DNA of 58,696 nt from Klebsormidium nitens. Its lineage: Eukaryota > Plantae > Klebsormidiophyceae. The notes under the pieces are model-generated. The model saw nothing but the letters and a program-made list of their open reading frames with translations. It was not told the DNA's origin and did no database searches. Location: positions 1 to 58,696 of the forward strand of contig DF237500.1 in NCBI GenBank assembly GCA_000708835.1, read 5' to 3'. The position numbers and the translations under genes are program-made. Shown one piece after another: positions 47,801-58,696 of this stretch; the stretch's first letter is position 1; every line of letters starts with the position of its first letter.

Positions 47801-50800
47801 CTCGACTCAGTTCTGGGATGGAGAAGTGGGGACGCTCCTGCAGGCGCAGAAGCGCAACCAGGGGGACGTCTTGGCCCTGGCTTCACCCCCCCAGCAAGAC
47901 GTGGTGTTTGCTGCGGGGATCGACGGGCAGATTACAATGTATCAGAGAGCAAGCGAGGCTGTCGTCACTGGGAAAGTCGAAACCACAGGTACGAGTTACA
48001 CTGAATGCTGGAGTCCAATTGTCAGCTTAAGCAGAAAGAAAGGTAGACTTTGTGTCTACCTGGCATGCTACTTGGCAACAGTTGTCTGAGCTTCCTTCAG
48101 AGTGCTTATCTTTGCCTTTTTGCCTCTGCAAAGTGGAGGTGGTCTTGCAGAGACTTGTGCGCTTGCTAGATTGGGGTCGATAGTAGTGGTGTTTTCCTTG
48201 GACAACAAATCACATCTGCGTAAAAAGAAGACTGCCGCAGCAACTCCCTGCCAAATAAATTTCTTCCACCGATCCCGTCGGTTCGGTCCTCCGATTAGGC
48301 CCCATTCCTTTTTAACAGGTCGGACGCCCGTCGGTGCTTCTGCGGGCGAGCGGTGGGTCCATGTGGGGAGCCGCCGCTCTCATACACACGATGTGCGGGC
48401 ACTCACAATCGCACAGCCCCGGCCTCTGTCAGAAGATGCCGAAGCTTCCGGCACTCAACACAGGTAACGGTCTTCAGTTGCAACTGTAGGACGCTAAAAA
48501 CCGTGCTCTTCGTAGTCTGTCCTCCTCTGGGGTCGGCTCTGGTCAAGACCTCAATATACCAGAAAGACAAGACCTCAATGTTTTGGAAGGTCGAGCAGAG
48601 ACGTTTCTTTGTTATCAGGTGCATTACTTCTTCGATACTGCCTTTCCTGTTTTTGCGACGTTGAAAAGGAGTACTAGGAGACAACGTGAGGTCCTGTCTG
48701 CTTGTTCGAAACAGCCCTTGGTAAAGATTGCAACTCTCCTGATATCTTTCTCAATCTCACCGTTCTTGTCTCCACCTCAGGAAGCGAAAGAAGGGCCGTC
48801 TGACTGGGGGCGACTCCCTCTCCCTCGCGCTCGGCTCTCCGATGCTCGTTTCGGGGGGCAATGACGCTCTGCTCTTCACATACCCCGCCACCTTCTTCAT
48901 GGCGTTCCACCCGTTCTGCTTCTCCCCCCTCCCGCAAGCGCCGCAATTCCATCTCACACCACCACAGGAAAATGCCGGATCCGGGGGATCCCTCTTGCTA
49001 AGTCAGCATGCCACGTGGTTAGACGTCTGGCAGCTCGATGCGGGCGAAAGGGCGGCCTCGGCCAGCGGCGCTCGGCTCGAAAACGGGGACGCTGACGAGG
49101 CGAGAGAGATCGCTGACGTCAGCCATGGGAGCGACGACGTCGGCAAGGAGAAAAGCGAGGGGAATGGCGGAAAGGAGGGTCGGAAAGCGAAGAGGAGGAA
49201 ACTAGAGGGGTGGGCAGAAGCCGCCTGGACTGGTCCAGGGGCTTCGTTTACGGGCGCTAGGGGCGAGGCAACAGTGAAGAACCTAACACGCTTTGGGGGG
49301 GCAGAAGCAGTAGCCGCAGCACCCCTCCAGGAAGGCAAGCCCCCGGCTTTGATAGCCCGAATCAAAAAGAGCGGGGGCGAGCACATATCATGCGCTGCAA
49401 TTGCGCCAGATGGGAGCCACGTGGCGTGCTCGGATTCGTCGAGCGTGCGGCTGTTTGAGCTGGGAAAGGGGGACGGCGCTGGGGTAAAAGTTACGCGGGT
49501 AAAACTGCTGGAAAGCGTTCCGGCCGCGCAGCAGGTGGTGTTTTCGGGAGATTCGAAAAGATTGATCATAGCAGCACGAACGGGCGAGCTTATGGTGAGT
49601 GACTTTGCTACCTTACGACTTGGTTGCATTTTATGTGAGCCCTCGTTGAGCGTTGTGTGTGATCATTCTGCATTTTTTGCAAGTTTGGAAGGAGAATCGC
49701 ATCTCCTTCTCGGTTTGGACAACCAAGGCTGTCGACCTGGATCAAGTTTGTTGCTGTTGCCTCGAGCGGGCTCCTGTTTGGTCACGATGTCGCTGGTCAA
49801 AGGTGCGGGTGCGACTAGCAGCTGTCTTAATCCTTCTTCGAAAATGGTTTAAGTACCTTAAGTCGGTCTTAGGGATCAGGCTTCAAGACCCGGTCTTTTC
49901 CCTGTCGTGGACGGCGTTCCTTTTCAAGCAAAAGATGCACCCAAGAGGTTGTTTCTATTAGCGTCTGATTGCTGATCAGATGCTTCTGCACCCGCAGGTC
50001 TACGACTGGGCGACTGAGACTGTAGAGTCGGTTCGCCTCTCTTCGAAAGCAGACCAGCGGGGGGTGACCGATTCTCATTCTCCAGTCATTCTTATGGCGG
50101 CCTGTCCCGGAGGCAAGTGGCTGGCGGTCGCAGATAGCGCAAGCCAAGTCCGGGTCTACAACCTTCACCGGCTAAAGTGAGTCCGTTCGAGTTTTCTTCG
50201 TGGCTGCCTTCGATTTTTATCTTCGGGTTTTGATGAAGACGCGCGACTTCCGCGCCCGCTGCCTGTTGATCATTAGACGGCTCCCTTATGATTCTTCGAC
50301 GGCTCGCTTTCGATTACGCCTCTACGGGCCTTGGTGGATCAAACAGCGATCGTATTGTGCGCCAAAGAAGATGCTGTCTGCGGGAGACGAACGGCGAAGT
50401 GCTCGTGTTAAGCGAGGCATCTGGGTTGCCTGATTCTCTGTTCGGTGCAACAGCCATATATAATGGGGCAGATTGAAGTTCAGGACGTCTCTGAACCGAA
50501 TATTTGACCTGCTTTACCTTTCTCCTCGCTTCAGACTACTCCAGCTGCTTGTTTGGAAGTGAGAAATCAGAGTTTTTTGGGGTTTCAATTTCAAGTTGCC
50601 CATTTGAAACTTTTTGGGGCTCAGTGTTAGAGTGATCGTAGGATCATGCTCGGGGCAGGTGATGACTCCATTTGGTCTCGTTCGTCTGATTGGCTTGCGC
50701 CTTGATGACAAGTCTACATATCACCACCCATCGTCTGATGCCCCGAGCCAGACTGCCCTTCTATTGTAACATCTTTCTGTTGGTTAACCCCTCGCCATGT

Positions 50801-53154
50801 TTAAAGGTGTTGTCAGCTTTCATTTGCAATAAGCCTTCTGGGGCGTTCGCGTATGTTGGCACGTCAGCCTTCAGACCTTACCAAAACTTCATTGTTCTGG
50901 CGGTTTTGGAACACCTTCTGATGCCTGCTCTGTCTAACGTGAAATGGTCCAGAGATTGTGATGCCATGGTGTCTCGCTACTGCCTCCCAGTCCTTTTTCC
51001 TACGCGGTCTGTCTTTGATAGGCCCTCATGTGTCCCGCACGGTGCAGAATTGTCTCATATCTGCTGCTGTTGACTGCGCTTGCTCTGTTTGTCAAGCTTT
51101 CATCGTTGAGCATCTTAACGACAGGTTTTCCTGTTCTGAAATTAGGAACCTCCTGACGCAACTCCGGTCTGATGATGATCCTCTCAGCTGCGAGAGCTGT
51201 ACGGCTCGTGGGCAAGCAAAACCGATTTCTAAAATCACCAAAAACTTTGATCCTGAAGACCGGAGTACTAGTCTGCACAGTCTGCTCGACACGGCTCTCT
51301 GCGTTACAACAAAAGAGTTTGTGGATCGGTCTCTGTATTTGAGCACCTTACTGCGGTGGGATTATCCCCAAAGCGACTGATGTGCGGTTCGCTGAACTTC
51401 CGTGTACCTGTAAACCTACTTTCTCCTAGCTCTGGCGGGTCACCGAGAGTCGGCTTCTGTCACAACATGACAAGGTCCCCTCAGCCCTTCGGTCGGCTAC
51501 CGATTTTGAGCATCTAGTGCCTTTCCCGCCTTGCCGGAGGCTCACTTTCGTTCTTTCAAAAAGCTCCTCCGCTTCTTTTATGTCACACCGTTCGCTCGTT
51601 TCGTGGACTCTCCTGGACGCTTGCCGTCCGTCGACCGTTTAACGCCAAAATTGCGCAAACGCATACTAGACCCTTGGATACCCTGTCCATCCCTTCGCGA
51701 ATCCCCCTTTAACCCTCTCCACTTTGCCCGAATTCTCTAAGCGTTACGGCTCCTCCCCAACCCCCACTCTCATTTTCCGCTTTCCGACAAGGCTTTGAAA
51801 GTTCCCCCGCACCCTTGTGACTTTTCCGACCACTCTTTACCCCCCCCATTGTGGCAGACCCCACTGGACGCGGCTGCTCTTCGACTTTTCCCGACCCCTT
51901 TGCGTATGTTTGCCCGACCCCTTTCCTAACCTCCTTTCTTACTTTCACGCCCACCCCCTGGTGGTCTTACTTTCAAGCCCACCCCCTTGTGGCCTTACCC
52001 TTGGTGGTATTCCCCAACTACTAGTCTAATACCCCAACCCTATTTGCAGACTCCACTGGACGCTCCCGTCCCTCGACGGCTTTCTCCCGACCGCCCTCTC
52101 CTTCCACCGAGGACTTCCCAACCACCTTTTCGTCGCGACCGCGGGTAACCGGCTACACGCCGTGGACGTGCGGGCCAAGAGCTCGATTGACTGGGCCCGG
52201 CTAGGGGCGCCTTCGCTTCAGCAGCTGCTCGAGTTCCCGGGGGGAATCACCGGGCTGTCTGCCGATCCGGCGGGGGAGTCATTGGGGCTGGTGGCTTACG
52301 GACCGAAGTGAGTGTCGTTTCCAGAGGTGAAGAGGTTTTGTTTGCAAAGAAACGGAAGCAATATGAAGGGACTGAGTCTAGTTTGATGTAATCGAGAATA
52401 AAAGACGATAGAGGAGTGGAGCTCAAGGCAATTGTAGGATAGTTGCCTCGTTTGGAGTCTCTCTGTTGATGCTGGTTAATCTGCTTTCGGGAGGTTGCAC
52501 AGCTACTTTTTTCTGCGTCATGGGCTGTTTGCTGTAAGGGTTGCTGTATTCTTCGAGTTTTCTCTGCGCTTCTGAAGTGGACCCATATTAGTTGGGACGG
52601 TGACACCGACCTGTAAGGATGCATTAGAACTCGAGAAGCAAGTGACAACTTTCGGGGGCAGGGGGCGGGCTTTGAGCATTTTCTGAGAGCACACTCCGTC
52701 GTTCCATGAGCCTTGTTACCGACAACGGCGTATATCTCCACTGAGCGTCCCACGATTTGTTCAATCATTCAAAGACGGCACCGCTTCACAATGCTCGCGT
52801 ACAATTGCTTACGCACGGTTGCTAACTGGTTGCAGGGCCCTTAGCTACATCAACCTCACGCCCACTCCGCCCCCGGAAGAAAACACGGTCCCGGAGGGGC
52901 CACCCACTACCAAAACGAAGAAGAGCAAACGAAAAGAAAAAGGCACCAGCGTGAGCGAAAGGGCAAACGGGATTAGCGGCGATCGAAGTAAGAAAGAAGC
53001 GGGGGCTAGCAAACCTAGGATTGTGCCAATGAGGGATCCGTGTCTGTTTGTGGGCCACCTGGGGCCTAACTCGCTGTTCGTCGCGGAAAAGCCGTGGGCG
53101 GAAGTGGTCAGCGGTTTCCCGCCTCCGCTGTACAGGCACAAGTACGGGACGTAA
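44869..53154 (+). CDS. UTP4: U3 snoRNA-associated protein 4 / cirhin homologue (WD40 repeats; plant PCN-like)
   Basis: N-terminus LHRCRLFDWSPTPVVALTPSPDGAYVAAARESGDIEIW; LFSAGLHGRITEWDL; AVACDDGSARLF; ILSVAW...LFSGGSDGCIRAWD; LVSGDSSGSTQFWD; RRSHTHDVRAL; LVSGGNDALLF; C-terminus LFVAEKPWAEVVSGFPPPLYRHKYGT*. Multi-exon with GT-AG introns. Confidence 0.92.
51600..51900 (+). repeat. Two degenerate intronic copies of the acceptor plus 5' end of the UTP4 exon starting at 52050
   Basis: Real TTTGCAG|ACTCCACTGGACGCTCCCGTCCCTCGAC; copies GTGGCAGACCCCACTGGACGCGGCTGCTCTTCGAC (about 51851) and GTGGACTCTCCTGGACGCTTGCCGTCCGTCGAC (about 51603). Confidence 0.75.
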
Positions 53155-55671
53155 GACGAGGACAAATCAGCAATTTGTCCTTGGATGCGGACCGCCTTTG
53201 GAGTGTCGGTTGATTGGTTTCATCTGGAATTGCGTGCACTTTTCCTCAAGAATCTCAGCCGGAGGTACAAATTCATGCCCTGTCAGGTTTTGTTCTCAGG
53301 CTTGCTTGCAAGCAATCCCTCACTCAGCATTTACGCCGCGCACAATGCTCGGGTGTTTGGCCGTTCAAGCGTCTTTCCGCACGTGAACGCTTAAGGATCA
53401 AGATTGCAGTGCAGGGCACTCGCAATCATGCCTGCTAGAGAATCATTTCTGCCCTTCTACATCGCAACATGTCGCCATAATCTTCAAGGAAAATCTCGCA
53501 TAGCTCGAGAGGCATCCGAACATGTGCTTTTTCAATGCCTCAACCACCTCGAGAAATCGAAATCAACAAACATGCACTCTACATCTAGAGTTGTTTGATT
53601 GCATGTTGATAGCTCTGGTACCATACCACCTAAACTTAGCTAGCTCCGTCTAGCTACACTCAACATTCGGCAAATTGTTGGACACTTATAAATACTAGCA
53701 ATTCAACGAGGTCGTGTCTAACCTAGGGTCGACGGTAGTAGTGTAAAGGATGACAACAACAGAGAATGCACAGTGAGAGCAGTGATGCCGCGACTCTGAG
53801 ATCGAAGCCAATGGCCCGCATGCAGTGCAATCAAGATAGTATACAACGTGTATTTCCAAAAGACCATGAACTTCATGTAATGAGAAGCTCATACGGTCGC
53901 ATGGTTACATATCATGAAACCATTGTGCCTATAGCCTAGGCGCCAGTATGGGTACCCATCAACCAACTAGAAGGAACTCCGAAGGTTGTTGAAGGTCCAG
54001 GCCTATAGAAACAAGGTGATGTGAATATGATAGCCTAGCATGATGATACAATGGCCATGAATATATAGATATTGCGCGCCCCGCATCCATGCATGCAAAG
54101 GACTGTGCAACTAAGCTGCTGCCACATCAATGACACATGGAGCACATGTGCATTTGTTAGCTATTAATCATGATAATTGACCATACCAGCTTCGCATTAC
54201 ATGCATAATGATTAGGTATACATACGGTCTGGAGTCTTATGCAACGGAAATGCTCAATGCACGTGCGACGTTGTTGGATGATGTTTTAGAGGTACTTGGG
54301 CTTTACGCCTTCATGATGTTCTCTTTCAATCAGGAAGGCAGCAATAAGTACCGTAGATGGTCGAATTGAGCTTGCAGATCTTCAATAGATGCGGCTTGGT
54401 ACAATTTCACTCATCTTCAATACCGAACACGCAAAAACAAAACTCAACAAGGTCCAATTTACAGTCCGTACTGATGTCTGATATAGGACGTTTTATGCCG
54501 GCTGCATTTGCAATCCACATATTTGCGCGCTCTACTCGGCCAGATACTTATACGACCATGTCTCATATACACAAAGTTTGCTGCCTGGCTGTGTCTGACC
54601 CTAAGAGTATCTTCTGACTATTCTCTATAACTCCCTTGAATCTCCACTCCCAAAGTCAATCAATCAAATTTGATGTGCTGCTTCCGCTCCTGCATACCAA
54701 GGAAATGGCTGATGTTCATATCTGAAAGAGGGCATGCAAGATCATTAGATGCAGCCTGCTTCCTGAGCGTACAGAATGTGAAATATCAGGCACGCTACTA
54801 TGCGATGAGTGAATACCCCCACCGCAACGATCACTCTCTTACTTCCTGATCCGCAAACTCCAAGATAGACAGAGCCGACTGAAATCTTAGCAACAAATTG
54901 CAAAATGCAAATGCTTCTCTGATCATCGGCAGCCAAGCAATCTGCAAAAGTCGATGAACCTGCTTCACACAGAAGTTTCAACTTAAATATGCGCCTACAT
55001 ATCGACCTTCATTCCATAAAAAGAAAGGCTTCTGCAGCTTGCAGATTCAGGTGCTGGACCCATACTTCTGCATTGCATCTGATTGTATACTGGACAGATG
55101 ACAAGGGCTAAGATCGAACTCTATCTCGATCTATGTGTCCAGCGCTTTGCTGCAACAATACACTTCGGACCTTAATCCGCATTCTGAAAGTAGCAGTGAG
55201 GAAAAGTAGGGGAATGTCCTCCACACATGAGATTGGACAATCAAGGTACTTCTGAATTGACGGGCCTTTGGAGAAAAGGGAGAAGCAACCACATTTCACC
55301 AAGTCTTCTGCTTCCACCATCAGTCTCGCAAATACAGAACTGTAAGCAGCCCTCAGGACCTCATGTAGCCATTCTTCGGTTGTCAATCATTACAAGTTTC
55401 TGTACTGTGATAAGCTATCAAACCACCATTATCGAATACAGTTGGAAAGCCAGTGCGGCTGGCAAGCAAAGCAGCACTGCAAATGTGATTTCCTCAGCTT
55501 TGCATTTACATTCAGTGTTGAGTTTCTCTAAGGCACATGAGTGGAGACCTGTCAAATTGAGGAATTCTGCCAACAGTTAAACGTAGAAAATGCCATCCTT
55601 TCTCTGAAAAAACAACGGAGATTATAAAAAAGACGTGGCTTCGAAAAGCATCGCACAATTGAGTTACTCAC

Positions 55672-56052
55672 CTAAATTCTGCTGCCTGCTTGAGCCAACT
55701 TAACCGCCTCGGCCGTCGCTGTGGAGATCTTCATCACCGCGTCAAATTTCTCATTGAGGTGCCACCAGAAGAAACCCCACCCTATTGGATGCCCCGCTGC
55801 AGCAGCATAGCTGACCACGGTACTGCGCTTAACACCGCGGTTGAGCTCCTTCAGGGACTTTCCAACAGGCATCAGCACCTTCTGGTTCGTCTCGCGAACT
55901 CTTCTGTACTCCTTGGAAGCCTTGCGAAAGGCTTCTTCTCGTCCCACGCCCTCCTCCATCAAAGCATTCATGCGTTCGGCCGTGTTTGGGACCTCCAAGA
56001 CTTCCAGATTGTCAATTTCGGGACCGGACGCCACGTCCCACAATGTTTCCAT
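55672..56052 (-). CDS. Hypothetical protein, 126 aa (possibly first exon of a disrupted gene)
   Basis: ATG-started ORF with protein-like charged helical composition. Its TAG stop is immediately followed by a consensus donor GTGAGT. No family recognised. Confidence 0.35.
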   Translation of the reverse strand: METLWDVASGPEIDNLEVLEVPNTAERMNALMEEGVGREEAFRKASKEYRRVRETNQKVLMPVGKSLKELNRGVKRSTVVSYAAAAGHPIGWGFFWWHLNEKFDAVMKISTATAEAVKLAQAGSRI

Positions 56053-56307
56053 TCTGCGCGATGAAGCAGGTAGAAACTACTGCAATCGGACAAATATGAC
56101 ACGTGCTTCTAGGGAAAACACGACGCTGTATCAAGGAAGGAAAGGCGCAGACCGTCCTACGGGACAAACAAGCTTGTTATGAGATCAGCTTTCGTCTCTC
56201 CAAAATGATACAAGATCATAAGAACGATACGATTCATAGATGGTGAGCTGCAGAAGCCTTGAGAAGGGCCACGTACCGGTACCATGGAATTTGAAACAGC
56301 GAATTCC

Positions 56308-56418
56308 CTTGGTGCTTGCATAAAATTCGCAAGCATACACACACACACATACACACATTCACGCAGAAGAATGATGTGAGACACGAGATTAGGCAAGCGT
56401 GCTCGTGGTACTACAGAA
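56308..56418 (-). repeat. Direct repeat B2
   Basis: Near-identical to 57134-57247 (CTTGGTGCTTGCATAAAATTCGCAAGCA…CACATTCACGCAGAAGAATGATGTGAGACACGAGATTAGGCAAGCGTGCTCGTGGTACTACAGAA), differing only in the CA-repeat tract. Confidence 0.95.
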
Positions 56419-57011
56419 CGCTACGTACACAAGTAGCGGCCCGAGCCCACGGTCACGAATCAAATTAAGGCACAAAGGCCGGGTTCAGAATATGCTAAGC
56501 TAAGCAACAGCTAACGGAAATGGTTAGCTAAAACTCTACGATGTGCCAAGCACAACTGCTGACGCCCGTCAGATCGAATGCATCAAAACGAACAAGGTTT
56601 GACCGTGGGCGAACAACTAAACTACGGGCCGCTACAACTATCGAAGTATGTATGCACTAACGCACGCCTCTGAGATCTACCCTGCAATTTAGTACGCCCT
56701 AATTAAGAATCGGTCTTCTCGCCGCCGCCGGGTGAGCCGTTAAAAACCCTCCGCCGGATCGGGCCGCGGAAGCGGAGCCACGTCATTGGCCGGTAGGGAA
56801 AAGGTACTCGAATTGAGGAACCGGCGGCGAGGAGAAGCGACGCGAGGCGGGGTAGATCTCAGGGGCGCGCGCGGGACGACATACTGCAGAAGGAATGAAG
56901 AAAACAACAGCAGAACGAGAACGGGCGGGCGGGCGGGGTTTTCGAAGCGGACTTCGAAGCGTTTGGTGTAGCACGAGAAAGCAGAATGAAGAAGAAGAGC
57001 AGAAATCTGCT

Positions 57012-57019
57012 CTTTTATA
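57012..57019 (-). promoter_or_regulatory. Candidate TATA box between the B repeats
   Basis: TATAAAAG on the minus strand, preceded by GC-rich sequence and followed by a pyrimidine-rich leader-like stretch. Motif evidence only. Confidence 0.4.
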
Positions 57020-57133
57020 CGTCGCTGCGCGACGTCGCGGCCGCTGCGTGGCGCAAATTGCAAATTTGAAGCGGTTCGCGCCAAGAGAACCGCGATTCTC
57101 ATCGCGCTGCGCGCGCTGAGAATCTACAATTCT

Positions 57134-57247
57134 CTTGGTGCTTGCATAAAATTCGCAAGCACACACACACACTGCACATACACACATTCACGCAGAAGAA
57201 TGATGTGAGACACGAGATTAGGCAAGCGTGCTCGTGGTACTACAGAA
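57134..57247 (-). repeat. Direct repeat B1
   Basis: Begins about 20 bp after the YR stop codon (57267). Near-identical to 56308-56418. Confidence 0.95.
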
Positions 57248-57266
57248 GGTCAGAGGCAGGTGGTAG

Positions 57267-58570
57267 TTAAGCTAACCAAGATTCTAACTCGAAACGCTGG
57301 AGCTCAGACAAAGACACACCAGGCTGCAGACCTAAGGCACGAGTAACAGAAAGACGTGCCTGCAGACGTGTCACCACGTAGCCATCTTTCGCACGCTCGG
57401 AACGCCAGCCACCATGCTCCTTGAAGAGCCGATCAGGAACGTCCACGTTGGCGGCGCGCGTCGCGCCACCCCGGCGACCAGAATGAGTTGCGTACTTGGC
57501 AGGATCGAGGCCGAGCAGAATGGCGGCTTCCTTGAACCACCCGTTCACCGTGGTGTAGCACGGGCGCTACTGCAAACACGCTGGCCAAGGGGAGTGACAG
57601 AGATGTTGCGGATAAGGCCGCCCGGCCCAACGTCAGCGTAACCCCCGAAGGGTATCAGAGACTCGGTTAAGCTAACCACGCAGCGGTCTCCTCCCACCCG
57701 GGAGACTCCAGGACCCAACGGCCCTCTCGAAATTGATCCGTCTTAGACTTCTCCAGAAAACACTCCATGTGAGTGGGCTCGAAGCGAATCTCCTGCCACT
57801 AAACAGTCATCAGATCGGAGAAGCGAAAGAAACCCGTGTAGCACAGGGAGATGGCAGCCAGCTTCATCGCAGAAGAAAGATGATCGGCGCTCGGGGACAG
57901 ATACCAAATGTCGAACAAGCGGAAGACGTGTGACGCCAGCAGAGGTTTCTTCTGATTCTTGCCCTTCGTAAGCGTCCGCCGAGCAATCTGACGAGCCATC
58001 GCGACCATGGGATGCTGAGTGGGGGAAGGGAGACCCGCTAGCGAATGATGGAAGAAAATGGCACCGGAGCACGAAAGAACTGGGCTAGGCGACTTGGCAG
58101 TGCGGAGAAGAAACGTCATGTACAGAGCTACCGTAAGCGGAGAAGCTGGGAGGGGAGACACATTCCGAGCCTTGCAGAAAGACTTAACGGCGCTGCCAAG
58201 GACCAATGTATGTCGATACTGTGCCCGCTGCGCGAGAGTGGACCGCGCGCGCGCGCCGTTCTGACAGAAGGGCGTTGAGGACAGGATCATCAGCTGGCAG
58301 ACCCGCATCCTCGAGAGACCAGCCTGCTTGATCGAAAACGTCTGCACAGGAATGAAACGGAAGAAACAATTCAGATCGAGTAAGAGCTGAAGAGCGAAAG
58401 AACTCACCGGAGAACGGGATATCGAGGGCAAAAACGTCGCAGAGGGGAAAGCCATGCCCGAAGAAAGCGCCCGCGGAACCACGGCCAGGACGGAGCGTCT
58501 CCGGACCCATCGTGTAACGGCACGACTGCGCACCGACTCCCGGCTGCGCGCTGAACTCGCGGCCGCGCAT
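57267..58570 (-). pseudogene. Tyrosine recombinase (phage-integrase-like) of the DIRS-type element, disrupted
   Basis: Reconstructed SRAAGTVSTYIGPW/…FCKARNVSPLPASPLTVALYM…YTGFFRFSDL (R)…V*WQEIRF…EKSKTDQFREG (K)…HSGRRGGAT (HxxR)…HGGWRS…DGYV (Y). TAG at 57799-57801 plus frameshifts near 58190, 57700 and 57560. Confidence 0.92.
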
Positions 58571-58696
58571 CGTCCGTTATTATACGCTATCGACTTATTG
58601 AATCACTACACGCCACGTGTCCAGGTTACTGCTCCACCGAGTGACCGTTCGATAAAGACCCACGTGCACCGCGCGCCTGGGAACCGTCCGATAAGC

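Larger units (their letters stand above)
56308..58696 (-). mobile_element. 3' end of a decayed tyrosine-recombinase retrotransposon (DIRS order, PAT/Ngaro-like split direct repeats)
   Basis: Disrupted YR ORF followed directly by repeat B1 (57134-57247), a spacer of about 0.7 kb and repeat B2 (56308-56418). The 5' part (Gag/RT/RNase H expected) lies outside the window. Confidence 0.8.

Noticed and set aside
49003-49629. 208-aa minus-strand ORF
   Set aside because: Antisense shadow of the large UTP4 exon.
1107-57801. Repeated in-frame TAA/TAG codons (Helitron, OSCA2 exon 1, YR, orphan ORF) suggesting TAR-to-Gln codon reassignment as in some ulvophytes
   Set aside because: Intact genes here end in TAG (OSCA1, OSCA2, uncharacterised gene) and TAA (UTP4). 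The Helitron stops fall at Lys and Leu positions, and frameshifts co-occur. Ordinary decay explains them.

Overview
This is intron-rich eukaryotic nuclear DNA. Gene content and splice patterns suggest a streptophyte green alga such as Klebsormidium, which is an inference. From left to right: (1) a decayed Helitron on the minus strand that runs off the left edge. Its RepHel reading frame carries two tandem AP2-type DNA-binding domains ahead of a DUF6570-like region, the HUH Rep and the Pif1 helicase. (2) A spliced glycosyltransferase-like gene (-). (3) A ubiquitin-like-domain plus HECT E3 ligase gene (UPL5-like, +). (4) An old tandem duplication of about 11.5 and 12.7 kb that produced two 13-exon ERD4/OSCA3-type channel genes. 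The second copy has a single premature stop in exon 1, and the junction joins a piece of the downstream gene's last exon to a piece of the HECT last exon. (5) An uncharacterised, probably plastid-targeted gene (-) head-to-head with (6) a UTP4/cirhin WD40 gene (+). (7) An orphan ORF and (8) the 3' end of a decayed tyrosine-recombinase (DIRS/PAT/Ngaro-type) retrotransposon with split direct repeats. The two most unusual signals are the AP2-AP2-RepHel Helitron architecture and a recurring pattern in four genes where introns hold serial degenerate 'echo' copies of the neighbouring splice site plus exon end. No rRNA, tRNA or CRISPR features were seen. All exon coordinates were read by eye.
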